Source: an uncultured Lachnospiraceae bacterium (GTDB taxonomy: Bacteria > Bacillota > Clostridia > Lachnospirales > Lachnospiraceae). Taken from it: 43,396 bases of DNA. The notes beneath the pieces were generated by a model. That model worked only from the letters and a program-made list of their open reading frames with translations. It was not told the DNA's origin and did no database searches. Positions 1 through 8,886 of this stretch are shown here, one piece after another; positions within the stretch are counted from its first letter, which is position 1, and each line of letters begins with the position of its first letter. The translations under genes and the position numbers were made by a program. The stretch spans positions 1-43,396 of the forward strand of contig CALWEP010000035.1 in the NCBI GenBank assembly GCA_944377325.1, read 5' to 3'.

Positions 1-7
1 GGTTATA

Positions 8-850
8 ATGAAGATTCTTGTAACGGGCGTCAACGGCCAGCTGGGCCATGACGTGATGAATGAGCTGGCAAAGCGGGGACTGGAAGGAGTGGGAACGGAC
101 GTAGACAATATGGACGTGACCGACGCCGCTGCCTGCGAAAGGGTGATAAAAGAAGCGAAACCGGATGCAGTGATGCACTGCGCCGCATATACTGCAGTAG
201 ATGCGGCGGAAGAGAATGTGGAGCTGTGCCGGAAAATCAACGGGGACGGCACCAGAAACATCGCTCAGGTGTGCCGGGAGCTGGACATTCCCATGATGTA
301 CATCAGTACGGACTATGTGTTCGACGGCCAGGGTACCAGACCCTGGGAGCCGGATGACGAGAGACATCCCCTGAATGTGTACGGGCAGACAAAATACGAG
401 GGGGAGCTGGCGGTGGAAGAACTGCTTACCAAGTTCTTTACCGTCCGCATTGCCTGGGTATTCGGAGTCAACGGAAAGAACTTTATCAAGACCATGCTGC
501 GCCTGGGAAAAGAGAGAGGAAAGGTCAGCGTCGTAAATGACCAGATCGGTTCTCCCACCTACACCTATGACCTGGCCAGACTTCTGGTGGATATGATTCA
601 GACGGACAAATACGGCCGCTACCATGCCACCAACGAGGGCCTCTGCAGCTGGTATGAATTTGCCTGCGAGATCTTTAAGCAGGCCGGCATGAATGAGGTG
701 CAGGTGACCCCGGTATCCAGCGGAGAGTTTCCGGTGAAGGCGGTAAGACCCAGCAACAGCCGCATGAGCAAGGAAAAGCTCACGGAAAACGGCTTTGAGC
801 GTCTTCCGTCCTGGCAGGACGCCCTGGAGCGGTATTTGAAACTGATTTAA
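8..850 (+). CDS. rmlD: dTDP-4-dehydrorhamnose reductase
   Basis: GxxGxxG (VTGVNGQLG), HCAAYTAVDAAE, STDYVFDG, YGQTK (YxxxK) and DQIGSPT motifs typical of RmlD/RfbD. Confidence 0.96.
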   Translation: MKILVTGVNGQLGHDVMNELAKRGLEGVGTDVDNMDVTDAAACERVIKEAKPDAVMHCAAYTAVDAAEENVELCRKINGDGTRNIAQVCRELDIPMMYISTDYVFDGQGTRPWEPDDERHPLNVYGQTKYEGELAVEELLTKFFTVRIAWVFGVNGKNFIKTMLRLGKERGKVSVVNDQIGSPTYTYDLARLLVDMIQTDKYGRYHATNEGLCSWYEFACEIFKQAGMNEVQVTPVSSGEFPVKAVRPSNSRMSKEKLTENGFERLPSWQDALERYLKLI

Positions 851-866
851 AAGGAGTGACAGGAGT

Positions 867-2219
867 ATGGGCAAGTATTTTGGGACAGACGGCTTCCGCG
901 GAGAAGCCAATGTGGATCTGACGGTAGAGCACGCCTACAAGGTAGGACGTTTTCTGGGATGGTACTACGGAAAAAAGAATCCGGGTGAGAAATGCCGGAT
1001 CGTCATCGGCAAAGATACCAGAAGAAGCAGCTATATGTTTGAGTATTCTCTGGTGGCCGGTCTGACGGCTTCCGGAGCGGACGCCTATCTGCTTCATGTG
1101 ACCACTACCCCCAGCGTTTCCTATGTGGTGCGCTCCGAGGGCTTCCACTGCGGCATTATGATCTCGGCCAGCCACAACCCCTATTATGACAACGGCATCA
1201 AGGTGATCAATGAGAGAGGGGAAAAACTGGAGGAGAGCGTGATCGAGGAGATCGAAAAGTACCTGGACGGAGAGACGGAAGAGATTCCCTTTGCCGTCAG
1301 GGACGCCATCGGCAAGACCGTGGATTTCGCCGCAGGCAGAAACCGCTACATCGGCTATCTGATTTCCATTGCGACCCGCTCCTTTAAAAACTGCAGAGTG
1401 GCGCTGGACTGTGCCAACGGCAGCGCTTCCGCCATCGCCAAGAGCGTATTTGACGCCTTGGGAGCGGAGACTCATGTGATCAACAACGAGCCCAACGGGC
1501 TGAACATCAATACGAACTGCGGCTCCACCCATATTGAAGGACTCCGGAAATATGTGGCGGAGCAGGGCTGCGACATCGGTTTTGCCTATGACGGAGATGC
1601 GGACCGCTGTCTGGCGGTGGACCGGAACGGGAACCTGGTGGACGGCGATCTGATCATGTATATCTGCGGAAAATACATGAAAGCCCAGGGGGCTCTGGTG
1701 GGAAATAAAATCGTTACCACCATTATGTCCAACTTCGGCCTGTACAAAGCCCTGGATCGGGAAGGCATCGGCTACGAGAAGACGGCGGTGGGCGACAAAT
1801 ACGTGTATGAGAATATGTCTCAGAACGGCTACTGTCTGGGAGGCGAACAGTCCGGACATATTATTTTCAGCAAAAACGCCACCACCGGAGACGGCATTCT
1901 CACCTCCTTAAAGGTGATGGAGGTTATGCTGGAATCCAAGCAGCCTCTGGATAAGCTGGCTTCGGAGGTGGAGATTTATCCTCAGGTGCTGAAGAACGTG
2001 AGAGTGAAGGATAAGAAGACGGCTCAGGAGGACGAGGACGTTCAGGCTGAAGTGGCAAAGGTGACGGCAGCCCTGGGCGACGACGGACGGATTCTGCTGC
2101 GCCAGTCCGGCACGGAGCCGGTGGTTCGGGTCATGGTAGAGGCTCCGAATCATGAAACCTGTGAAGCGTACGTGGATCAGGTGATCGACGTGATGAAAAA
2201 GAAGGGCCATGTGCTGTAG
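867..2219 (+). CDS. glmM: phosphoglucosamine mutase
   Basis: KYFGTDG N-terminus, catalytic SASHNP, metal loop DGDADR, GGEQSGH, RQSGTEP; SD AGGAG upstream. Confidence 0.95.
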   Translation: MGKYFGTDGFRGEANVDLTVEHAYKVGRFLGWYYGKKNPGEKCRIVIGKDTRRSSYMFEYSLVAGLTASGADAYLLHVTTTPSVSYVVRSEGFHCGIMISASHNPYYDNGIKVINERGEKLEESVIEEIEKYLDGETEEIPFAVRDAIGKTVDFAAGRNRYIGYLISIATRSFKNCRVALDCANGSASAIAKSVFDALGAETHVINNEPNGLNINTNCGSTHIEGLRKYVAEQGCDIGFAYDGDADRCLAVDRNGNLVDGDLIMYICGKYMKAQGALVGNKIVTTIMSNFGLYKALDREGIGYEKTAVGDKYVYENMSQNGYCLGGEQSGHIIFSKNATTGDGILTSLKVMEVMLESKQPLDKLASEVEIYPQVLKNVRVKDKKTAQEDEDVQAEVAKVTAALGDDGRILLRQSGTEPVVRVMVEAPNHETCEAYVDQVIDVMKKKGHVL

Positions 2220-2241
2220 GCACGGTCTGAAAGAAGAGGGG

Positions 2242-2277
2242 GCGGGCATCTGCGGCCGAAAGGCGGCGGATGCCCGC
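2242..2277 (+). other. GC-rich intergenic stem-loop without U-tract
   Basis: gcgggcatctgc (2242-2253) pairs with gcggatgcccgc (2266-2277, one G-U); inner cc-gaaa-gg GNRA loop. Confidence 0.6.
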
Positions 2278-2314
2278 TGTGCACAGAAAGAAAGACATCA
2301 AGGAGAAAAATCCA

Positions 2315-3424
2315 ATGAAGAAATATGACTATGTGCTGGCGGGCGCCGGACTGTACAGCGGCGTATTTGCCTATCTGGCGGGAAAGCAGGGAAAGAAATG
2401 CCTGGTGGTGGAGCGGAGAAGCCATGCGGGAGGAAACGTGTACTGTGAGGATATGGAAGGAATCCATGTGCACAAGTACGGCGCTCACATTTTTCATACC
2501 TCTGACCGGAAGGTGTGGGATTTTGTCAACAGCCTGGCGGAGTTCAACCGGTACACCAACAGTCCCATGGCCAACTTTAAGGGACAGATGTACAATATGC
2601 CCTTCAACATGAACACCTTCAGCAAAATGTGGGGAATTTCCACTCCGGCCCAGGCCAGAGCCATCATTGAGGAGCAGAGAAAGGGAATCCAGGGAGAACC
2701 GAAGAATCTGGAGGAACAGGCCATCAGCCTGGTGGGCATGGACATTTACCGGAAGCTGGTAAAGGGCTATACGGAAAAGCAGTGGGGACGGGAATGCCGG
2801 GACCTTCCGGCCTTTATCATCAAGCGCCTGCCGGTTCGCTACACCTATGACAACAATTACTTCAACGACCCTTACCAGGGCATTCCCATGGGCGGCTACA
2901 ATGTGATCGTAGACAAGCTGTTTGAGGGCTGCGATATGGAGCTGGAAAGAGATTATCTGGAGAATAAGGAGTATTATGACAGCCTGGGAGAGAAGGTGGT
3001 CTATACGGGAACCATCGACGAGTATTTCGGCTTCTGCTACGGAAAGCTGGAGTACCGCAGCCTGCGGTTTGAGACGGAGGTAAAGGATACGGACAACTAC
3101 CAGGGCGTAGCGGTGGTAAATTATACGGACCGGGAGACTCCCTACACCAGAATCATCGAGCACAAGCACTTTGAGTTCGGTACCCAGGAGAAGACCGTGA
3201 TTACCAGAGAATATCCCGTGACCTGGAAGGAGGGCATGGAGCCCTACTATCCGGTAAACGATGAAAAGAACCAGGAGCTTTACCGAAAGTATGCGGAGCT
3301 GGCGAAGAAGGAAAGCCGGGTGATCTTCGGCGGACGTCTGGGTGAGTACAAATACTACGATATGGATAAGGTGATCGCTTCCGCCATGGATGCAGCGGAG
3401 AGAGAGCTGGGAAAGACGGAATAA
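2315..3424 (+). CDS. glf: UDP-galactopyranose mutase
   Basis: FAD-binding GAGLYSG, HKYGAHIFHT, YTEKQWG, EPYYP, GRLGEYKYYDMD; start moved from 2270 to ATG 2315 behind SD AAGGAG. Confidence 0.96.
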   Translation: MKKYDYVLAGAGLYSGVFAYLAGKQGKKCLVVERRSHAGGNVYCEDMEGIHVHKYGAHIFHTSDRKVWDFVNSLAEFNRYTNSPMANFKGQMYNMPFNMNTFSKMWGISTPAQARAIIEEQRKGIQGEPKNLEEQAISLVGMDIYRKLVKGYTEKQWGRECRDLPAFIIKRLPVRYTYDNNYFNDPYQGIPMGGYNVIVDKLFEGCDMELERDYLENKEYYDSLGEKVVYTGTIDEYFGFCYGKLEYRSLRFETEVKDTDNYQGVAVVNYTDRETPYTRIIEHKHFEFGTQEKTVITREYPVTWKEGMEPYYPVNDEKNQELYRKYAELAKKESRVIFGGRLGEYKYYDMDKVIASAMDAAERELGKTE

Positions 3425-3472
3425 AAAAGCGGGTCCGGAATCCTGATTATGGATTCCGGGCCCTTTGTGTTT
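3424..3472. terminator. bidirectional intrinsic terminator between convergent glf and the NTP-transferase/PLP fusion
   Basis: gggtccggaatcc-tgattat-ggattccgggccc hairpin (3431-3463), A-run before and T-rich tail after. Confidence 0.85.
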
Positions 3473-3480
3473 ATGCGGAT

Positions 3481-5295
3481 TTATCTGCCGGCCATGATCT
3501 CCTTTAATGCGTCCGTCAGAAGCCGGTCATCTTCCCGGTTGCGCACCGCCACCCGGATAAACTGCCTGTCTCCGGGAACTTTGGAGGAAAGATCCTTGAT
3601 GAACAGGTTGTGACGGTTTAAAAGCAGCTCGGTAAGTTCGGCGGAAGAGATGCCGGTCACTTCCGCCATCAGGTAATCGGCCTCTGAGGGAAGAACCCGG
3701 ATGCCGGGAACCTGTGCCAGCTCCTGGGCAAACTGCTTCCGCTCGGCTTTCAGCCGAACCAGAGAGGCGGCATAGTCTTTCCTGTATTTCTCCTCGATCT
3801 GCATATAGAACTCGCCCAGGGAGTTGATATTCCAGATGGACACCTCTTTTTTCATGAGAGCAATCAGATCCCTGTCGCCGCTGGCGGCGATTCCCAGCCG
3901 CAGGCCGGGGACGCCGTAGGATTTGGAAATGCTTTTGATTACGATCAGGTGGGGGTTGGCGTCCAGAAGCTTTTCACAGAGGATAGAGGCCCCCTCTTCC
4001 GACGCGAAATCCACGAAGGACTCATCCACAATCAGGCGGATGCCCTCCGCCTTGGTCCAGGCGGTCAGCCGCAGGATTTCTTCCCTGGACAGATAGTTTC
4101 CCGTGGGATTGTCCGGGTTGATGATGACCAGAGTCTGAACATCCCTGGTCCGGAAAAATCCGATGATGTCGGCGGCTCCGTACCGGAAATCCTGATTTTC
4201 CGGCCGGAAGGGCACCACCTCTCCGTTTTTGTACCGGTTGGAATACTCCTCAAAGGTAGGACGGATTACTCCCAGGCGGCCGGTGGTATGTTCCAGAATG
4301 ACCTTGATCAGCTCCGCCGCCCCGTTGCCGGGAACGATCTGGTCCTGCCGGAGGCCGAAATTTCTGGCGGCCAGGAGAGAGTTCACATACATGCCGGAGG
4401 GATACTGGCAGATCAGACTGTCAAAATTGGCCTTCATCTCTTCCAGCATCTTTTTCGGCGGGTAGTAGCAGTTGATCAGATAGCAGAAGTCCACCATCTT
4501 CGGATAGCGCCAGTAGCCTCCGTACCGCTTCTGAATCAGCGGAAGCCGGTCTTTTTCGTCGGCGAACATGGATTCTGCGATGTCCAGATCCTGGATATCG
4601 TCGATCTCGTACCATTTCTGGCTGTCATCCAGACGTTTGGCCTTGATGCCCGGGTTGTCCAGCATGACGATGACCTTCAGCACCTGCTCGTAGTATTCGT
4701 TGTTCCCCAGGGCCTTGGTATAGGCTTCCAAAAAGGGCACATAGTGAGTGGCGGAAAAATTTCTGCTGAATTTATAGAGGTTTACGGTCTTGTAGTAATC
4801 GGAGGTATTGGAAAAGGAAAACTTGCTTCCCGGAATCATGGCTTCGATATCATCGTTTTCCGACAGCTTTACGCAGGTTCCGTCCATCCAGGACTCATAT
4901 CTGGCCACCAGAGCCAGACTTTCCCGCTCATCCTCTGCCAGACAGCGGAGAACGGAATCTTCAAAGATGATATCGGATTCCAGAAGAAGAGTATCCTCCG
5001 CTACCAGATATTCGCTGGCCAGGGCGAGAGAGTAGATATTATTGGTTTTGTCATAAACGGGATTGTCAATAAAGCATATGGGGGTCTTCACGTCCAGGGA
5101 AGCAATGTGATCCCGCAGCTTCTGTCCCTCGTATCCGGTGACAATGATGATTCTGGTCAGATTCAGGCTGTCCAGCTGGCTTAGGGTGCGGTTGATGAGA
5201 GGGACGCCGTTTACCTTTACCATACATTTGGTGTTGTTTTCCGTGAGCTGTTTTAACCGCTTGCCCATGCCGGCAGCTAAGATGATTGCTTGCAT
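3481..5295 (-). CDS. bifunctional LicC/PntC-like phospho-alcohol cytidylyltransferase + class I/II PLP-dependent enzyme (HisC/CobD fold)
   Basis: N-half: IILAAGMGKRL, TKCMV, ESD, WYEIDDIQDL. C-half: GNGAAELI, NPDNPTG, DESFVDF, SISKSYGVPGLRLG (PLP lysine). SD AAGGAG favours ATG 5295 over 5310. Confidence 0.85.
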   Translation of the reverse strand: MQAIILAAGMGKRLKQLTENNTKCMVKVNGVPLINRTLSQLDSLNLTRIIIVTGYEGQKLRDHIASLDVKTPICFIDNPVYDKTNNIYSLALASEYLVAEDTLLLESDIIFEDSVLRCLAEDERESLALVARYESWMDGTCVKLSENDDIEAMIPGSKFSFSNTSDYYKTVNLYKFSRNFSATHYVPFLEAYTKALGNNEYYEQVLKVIVMLDNPGIKAKRLDDSQKWYEIDDIQDLDIAESMFADEKDRLPLIQKRYGGYWRYPKMVDFCYLINCYYPPKKMLEEMKANFDSLICQYPSGMYVNSLLAARNFGLRQDQIVPGNGAAELIKVILEHTTGRLGVIRPTFEEYSNRYKNGEVVPFRPENQDFRYGAADIIGFFRTRDVQTLVIINPDNPTGNYLSREEILRLTAWTKAEGIRLIVDESFVDFASEEGASILCEKLLDANPHLIVIKSISKSYGVPGLRLGIAASGDRDLIALMKKEVSIWNINSLGEFYMQIEEKYRKDYAASLVRLKAERKQFAQELAQVPGIRVLPSEADYLMAEVTGISSAELTELLLNRHNLFIKDLSSKVPGDRQFIRVAVRNREDDRLLTDALKEIMAGR

Positions 5296-5358
5296 TTCAT
5301 TCTCCTTCATGGAAATAGATTCTGTATTGCATATGAACTGCAGGGATGCAGTGGGGTC

Positions 5359-6279
5359 TTATGCGAAGCCTGAACCCGGCGGGTAGCGCCGGTCCATGCC
5401 TGCCGGGGCTTTCCCGGCTCCCTTCAGCACGTCCCGATAGATCCGGATCCGGTAGCGCCGCTCTGCTTTTTTGCTTCCTGTGAGAAGCAGAAGGGAGTCT
5501 ATGAGAATATGGGCCCGGTGGTTCAGGCGGATATAGGCCATGTAGACGGCAGGAGCGCTGGAATAGGTCCGGCCGATGTCGATGGCATTGCGGAAACCGT
5601 AAAAGTTTTTCCAGCAGGTGACGGGGGCCTTGGACGGCGGAACGGTCTTATGGTTCAGCTCCGCCCCGCAGACGTTCATAATTCTGGTTTTCTTCAGAAA
5701 ACGGAGACAGTACTCCGTGTCGTCGAACCAGATGAAGTATTCCGATTTCGGCAGTCCGATCTCCCGGATCAGGGAGGCTTTCAGTACCAGCCCGCAGAAA
5801 GTGCTCACATCGTAAAGAAAATACTTTTTTTTGTAGGCTTCGGCCGGTACGGGAACATAGGTCATCAGACAGCGGTTTTTCAGCCGCCTCCGATGGGAGG
5901 TGTCGATGATCCCTTCCGTGCGCACTGTGCCGGAGTAGGCTTCGCAGGGCTGAGAACGGACGGCCTTTCCGATCTTTTCCATATAAGAAGGGGAGAGCAT
6001 GGCGTCGTCGTCTATGATCAGAATCCAGTCGCAGTCTCCTTTTGACAGCTCCTTAAGGCCTCTGGAGAAGCCGCCGGCTCCGCCGATATTTTCCGGCAGC
6101 CGGAGCACGGCAAGCTCCGGGCGGTCCAGCTGTTCCAGGTATTCTGCCGTCCCGTCCGTACTGTGATTGTCCACCACCAGGACCTGATGAAAGGGAACGG
6201 TCTGAGAAAATACGCAGCTTAAACATTCCTGCAGCAGGGGCAGGCGGTTGTAGGTCACGATAATTACTCCGAATTTCAC
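5359..6279 (-). CDS. GT2 glycosyltransferase, probable galactofuranosyltransferase (GlfT1-like)
   Basis: VTYNR, VDNHSTDGT, NIGGAGGF, WILIIDDDA, GLPKSEYFIWFDDTEY; GTG start with SD GGAGG; glf is in the locus. Confidence 0.8.
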   Translation of the reverse strand: MKFGVIIVTYNRLPLLQECLSCVFSQTVPFHQVLVVDNHSTDGTAEYLEQLDRPELAVLRLPENIGGAGGFSRGLKELSKGDCDWILIIDDDAMLSPSYMEKIGKAVRSQPCEAYSGTVRTEGIIDTSHRRRLKNRCLMTYVPVPAEAYKKKYFLYDVSTFCGLVLKASLIREIGLPKSEYFIWFDDTEYCLRFLKKTRIMNVCGAELNHKTVPPSKAPVTCWKNFYGFRNAIDIGRTYSSAPAVYMAYIRLNHRAHILIDSLLLLTGSKKAERRYRIRIYRDVLKGAGKAPAGMDRRYPPGSGFA

Positions 6280-6308
6280 GGCATTTCCTCCTGATTTTGT
6301 CTATCCAG

Positions 6309-6337
6309 ATTATAAGCGATTTGAATTTAGATGTCAA
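6309..6337 (-). promoter_or_regulatory. consensus sigma-A promoter for the GT2 / NTP-transferase-PLP operon
   Basis: minus strand TTGACA (6337-6332) N17 TATAAT (6314-6309), a perfect consensus match. Confidence 0.85.
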
Positions 6338-6360
6338 ACCGGGGAGACGGGCTCTGCCCG

Positions 6361-6389
6361 TTGCGAAGCCGGCGGGATTGTGCTAAAAT
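6361..6389 (+). promoter_or_regulatory. sigma-A promoter for wzx-licD
   Basis: TTGCGA N17 TAAAAT with extended -10 TG. Confidence 0.65.
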
Positions 6390-6424
6390 CGTCATAATGC
6401 TTTGAAAGGAAACGGGAGCGGACT

Positions 6425-7906
6425 ATGGGAATATTCAGGAGTAAAAATTCGGAAAACAGGGGCGGGGAGATGCCCAGCATACGTCAGAACTACACCTATA
6501 ATCTGATGTATCAGATTCTGACCCTTCTGACCCCTTTTGTGACAACTCCCTATATTGCCAGAGTGCTGGGAAGCGAGGGCGTGGGGATTCAGAGCTACAC
6601 GGCTTCCGTGGTTCAGTACTTTTCCGTTCTGGCAGCTCTTGGAACGGCTTCCTACGGCCAGAGGGAGATTGCCCGGTGCCGGGACAGCAGGGAGGAGAGG
6701 AGCCGGGTGTTCTGGGAGATCGAGGCTCTCTGCGCCTGCACTACGGCATGCTGCCTGGCGGTGTGGATGTTCGTCATTGCCTTTTCCAGTGATTATGCTC
6801 CCTATTACGGGGCGCTTACCATGACTCTTCTGGCGGTGGCCTTTGACGTATCCTGGTTTTTCGGCGGAATGGAGCAGTACCGGCTCATTGTGATTCGGAA
6901 TACGGTTATCAAGCTGACGGGAATCGCTCTCATGTTCCTGCTGGTCAGGGACAGGGGAGACCTGCTTTTATACATTGCCATGCTGGCCGCCACAGGCCTG
7001 CTGGGAAATATTTCCATGTGGGGATATCTGAAGGACTTTGTCAGTCCGGTTCCCCTTTCGTCCTTGAAAATAAGAAGGCATCTGCGGGAGACGGTGGTCT
7101 ACTTTGTGCCTACCATCGCCACGTCCGTGTATACCATTCTGGACAAGACTATGATCGGCTGGTTTTCCGGCAGCGACAAGTCCCAGAACGGATATTATGA
7201 GTATGCCACCGGATTTGTGAATATGGCCAAGATTCTGATTATTTCCTTCAATGCGGTGATGTCCGCCAGAATGTCCTATCTCTTCGCCAGGGACAGGGGA
7301 GAGGAGATTCGGGAACGGATCGGAGACTCGGTGGATTTCGTCCTCCTTCTGGGGCTTCCCATTGCGTTCGGCCTGGCGGGAATCGCCGACCGGTTTGTGC
7401 CCTGGTTTCTTGGGGAACAGTATGGACCGGTGGCCGGGCTGATGAAGCTGTGCAGCCCGCTGGTGCTGATTGTGGGCTTCAGCGACTGTATGGGAAGTCA
7501 GATTCTGACCCCCGGCGGACAGCGGGCGAAGAGCGCGAAGGTGATCGTGGCGGGGGCCGGCGTAAACGCGGCGTTAAACCTGCTTCTCATTCCCCGTTTT
7601 CAGGCGGCGGGAGCGGCAGCGGCATCCATATTGGCGGAAACGCTGATCACCGGCTTGTATTTTGTGCTCTGCCGGAGCTATATTCGCCTGGGAATGATCG
7701 TTCGCCATGGGTGGAAGCGGCTGGCGGCCTCTCTTGCCATGCTGTGGGCGGTGACAGCTGCCGGGAATCTGCCGTTAAGAGGGCCGGCGGTGACGTTCCT
7801 TCAGATCGGAGCGGGAGTCCTGGTGTATTTTGCCTGTCTGCTGCTTCTGAGGGATCGGACGGTGCTGACTCAGATCCGCAAGGGCGCGGAAAAAATCTTT
7901 GGATAG
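6425..7906 (+). CDS. wzx: Wzx-type polysaccharide flippase (MOP superfamily)
   Basis: Multi-TM protein; NYTYNLMYQILTLLTPFVTTPYIARVLG, YGQREIA, LDKTMIG typical of Firmicute flippases; alternative start 6470. Confidence 0.9.
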   Translation: MGIFRSKNSENRGGEMPSIRQNYTYNLMYQILTLLTPFVTTPYIARVLGSEGVGIQSYTASVVQYFSVLAALGTASYGQREIARCRDSREERSRVFWEIEALCACTTACCLAVWMFVIAFSSDYAPYYGALTMTLLAVAFDVSWFFGGMEQYRLIVIRNTVIKLTGIALMFLLVRDRGDLLLYIAMLAATGLLGNISMWGYLKDFVSPVPLSSLKIRRHLRETVVYFVPTIATSVYTILDKTMIGWFSGSDKSQNGYYEYATGFVNMAKILIISFNAVMSARMSYLFARDRGEEIRERIGDSVDFVLLLGLPIAFGLAGIADRFVPWFLGEQYGPVAGLMKLCSPLVLIVGFSDCMGSQILTPGGQRAKSAKVIVAGAGVNAALNLLLIPRFQAAGAAAASILAETLITGLYFVLCRSYIRLGMIVRHGWKRLAASLAMLWAVTAAGNLPLRGPAVTFLQIGAGVLVYFACLLLLRDRTVLTQIRKGAEKIFG

Positions 7907-7914
7907 GTGAGAGA

Positions 7915-8814
7915 ATGGAAGAGAGAGAATTTTACCGGGAAGAGGTGCGGTGCGGCTATAGCGTAACGGAAAAAACGAAGAAGGTGTGGGCGGTTCAGCT
8001 TGCCATGCTGGATGAGGTGGACAGAATCTGCCGGAAATACGGTCTGAAGTATTTTGCCGACAGCGGTACTCTGATCGGCGCCGTCCGGGACAAGGGCTAT
8101 ATTCCCTGGGATGACGATATTGACCTGGCTATGCTGCGGGAGGACTATGACCGTTTCATGAGCGCAGCGCCTTCGGAGCTGCCTGAAGGGCTGGTTCTTC
8201 AGACCGCATATACGGAAAAAAACTACCTGAGAGGTCATGCCCAGATCCGGGACAGCCGGACCACAGGCTTTAATGAGGAGGACAGGAAGGCCGGCTACAA
8301 CTGCGGAATCTTTATCGACATTTTCCCCCTGGACGGGATGCCGGACGGAAAGCTGGCTGCCCGGCGGTGGGCGTTTGCGGTAAAGACCGCATGGACGGTG
8401 CTCTACAACTGGTACCGGTTTGACTATTACGAAGAGAAGACGGCGGCGGGGAAGCTGATCCACAGGCTGGGAGAGCTGCTCTGCATTCCCATGAGACGGG
8501 CTTACCGCAGGTATGAGAAGCTCTGCTCCCGATATAAGGGAAAAGCTACGAAACGGGTCTGCGATACGGTGTTTATCCGCCATCTGGAGAAGAATACCTG
8601 GGAGCGGTCCTGGTTTGACCGGGCGGTGTATATGCCCTTTGAAAACCGGATGATTCCCGTTCCGGAAGGATATGACGGAAGGCTGAGGGCGGAGTACGGC
8701 GATTACATGAAGCCGGCTCAGGCGCCCACCATGCACGGAGGACTGGTGCTGGAGCCGGAGATCCCCTATGAGGAGTATTTCGGAGGGAAACAAAACGGAA
8801 GCGGGAACGGCTGA
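7915..8814 (+). CDS. licD: LicD-family phosphotransferase (1)
   Basis: GTLIGAVRDKGYIPWDDDIDL, IFIDIFPLD, YGDYM; start moved from 7450 to ATG 7915 just after the wzx stop. Confidence 0.9.
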   Translation: MEEREFYREEVRCGYSVTEKTKKVWAVQLAMLDEVDRICRKYGLKYFADSGTLIGAVRDKGYIPWDDDIDLAMLREDYDRFMSAAPSELPEGLVLQTAYTEKNYLRGHAQIRDSRTTGFNEEDRKAGYNCGIFIDIFPLDGMPDGKLAARRWAFAVKTAWTVLYNWYRFDYYEEKTAAGKLIHRLGELLCIPMRRAYRRYEKLCSRYKGKATKRVCDTVFIRHLEKNTWERSWFDRAVYMPFENRMIPVPEGYDGRLRAEYGDYMKPAQAPTMHGGLVLEPEIPYEEYFGGKQNGSGNG

Positions 8815-8832
8815 AACGGAACAGCTGAAAAC

Positions 8833-8880
8833 AAAAAGGCCGGAAAGCCCTGAACGGGCTGTTCCAGCCTTCTTTTTTTG
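8833..8880. terminator. bidirectional terminator between licD and the L,D-transpeptidase
   Basis: aaggccggaaagccc-tgaac-gggctgttccagcctt imperfect hairpin flanked by an A-run and T7. Confidence 0.75.
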
Positions 8881-8886
8881 AAATTT

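Noticed and set aside
3481-5295. Phosphonate (2-AEP) biosynthesis, suggested by the PntC-like domain
   Set aside because: No PEP mutase or phosphonopyruvate decarboxylase in the window, and the PLP domain is class I/II rather than the class V AEP transaminase; cannot be excluded genome-wide
6280-6424. Invertible promoter or DNA inversion explaining the strand switches in the glycan locus
   Set aside because: No flanking inverted repeats seen around the promoters or reversed genes, and no site-specific recombinase in the window
7450-7914. N-terminal extension of the licD ORF; similar extensions on glf, rmlC, wzt, the GtrB-like gene and BCCT
   Set aside because: They overlap upstream genes or promoters; downstream starts fit RBS position or family N-termini better
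8008-8116. DNA similarity between the two licD genes (ctggatgaggtggac..., attccctgggatgacga) as possible recombination repeats
   Set aside because: Short, limited to conserved protein motifs, with synonymous differences; no recombinase nearby
8804-8832. 14-nt imperfect tandem duplication (ggaacggctgaaac / ggaacagctgaaaac) across the licD stop
   Set aside because: Only two copies; likely local slippage with no evident function
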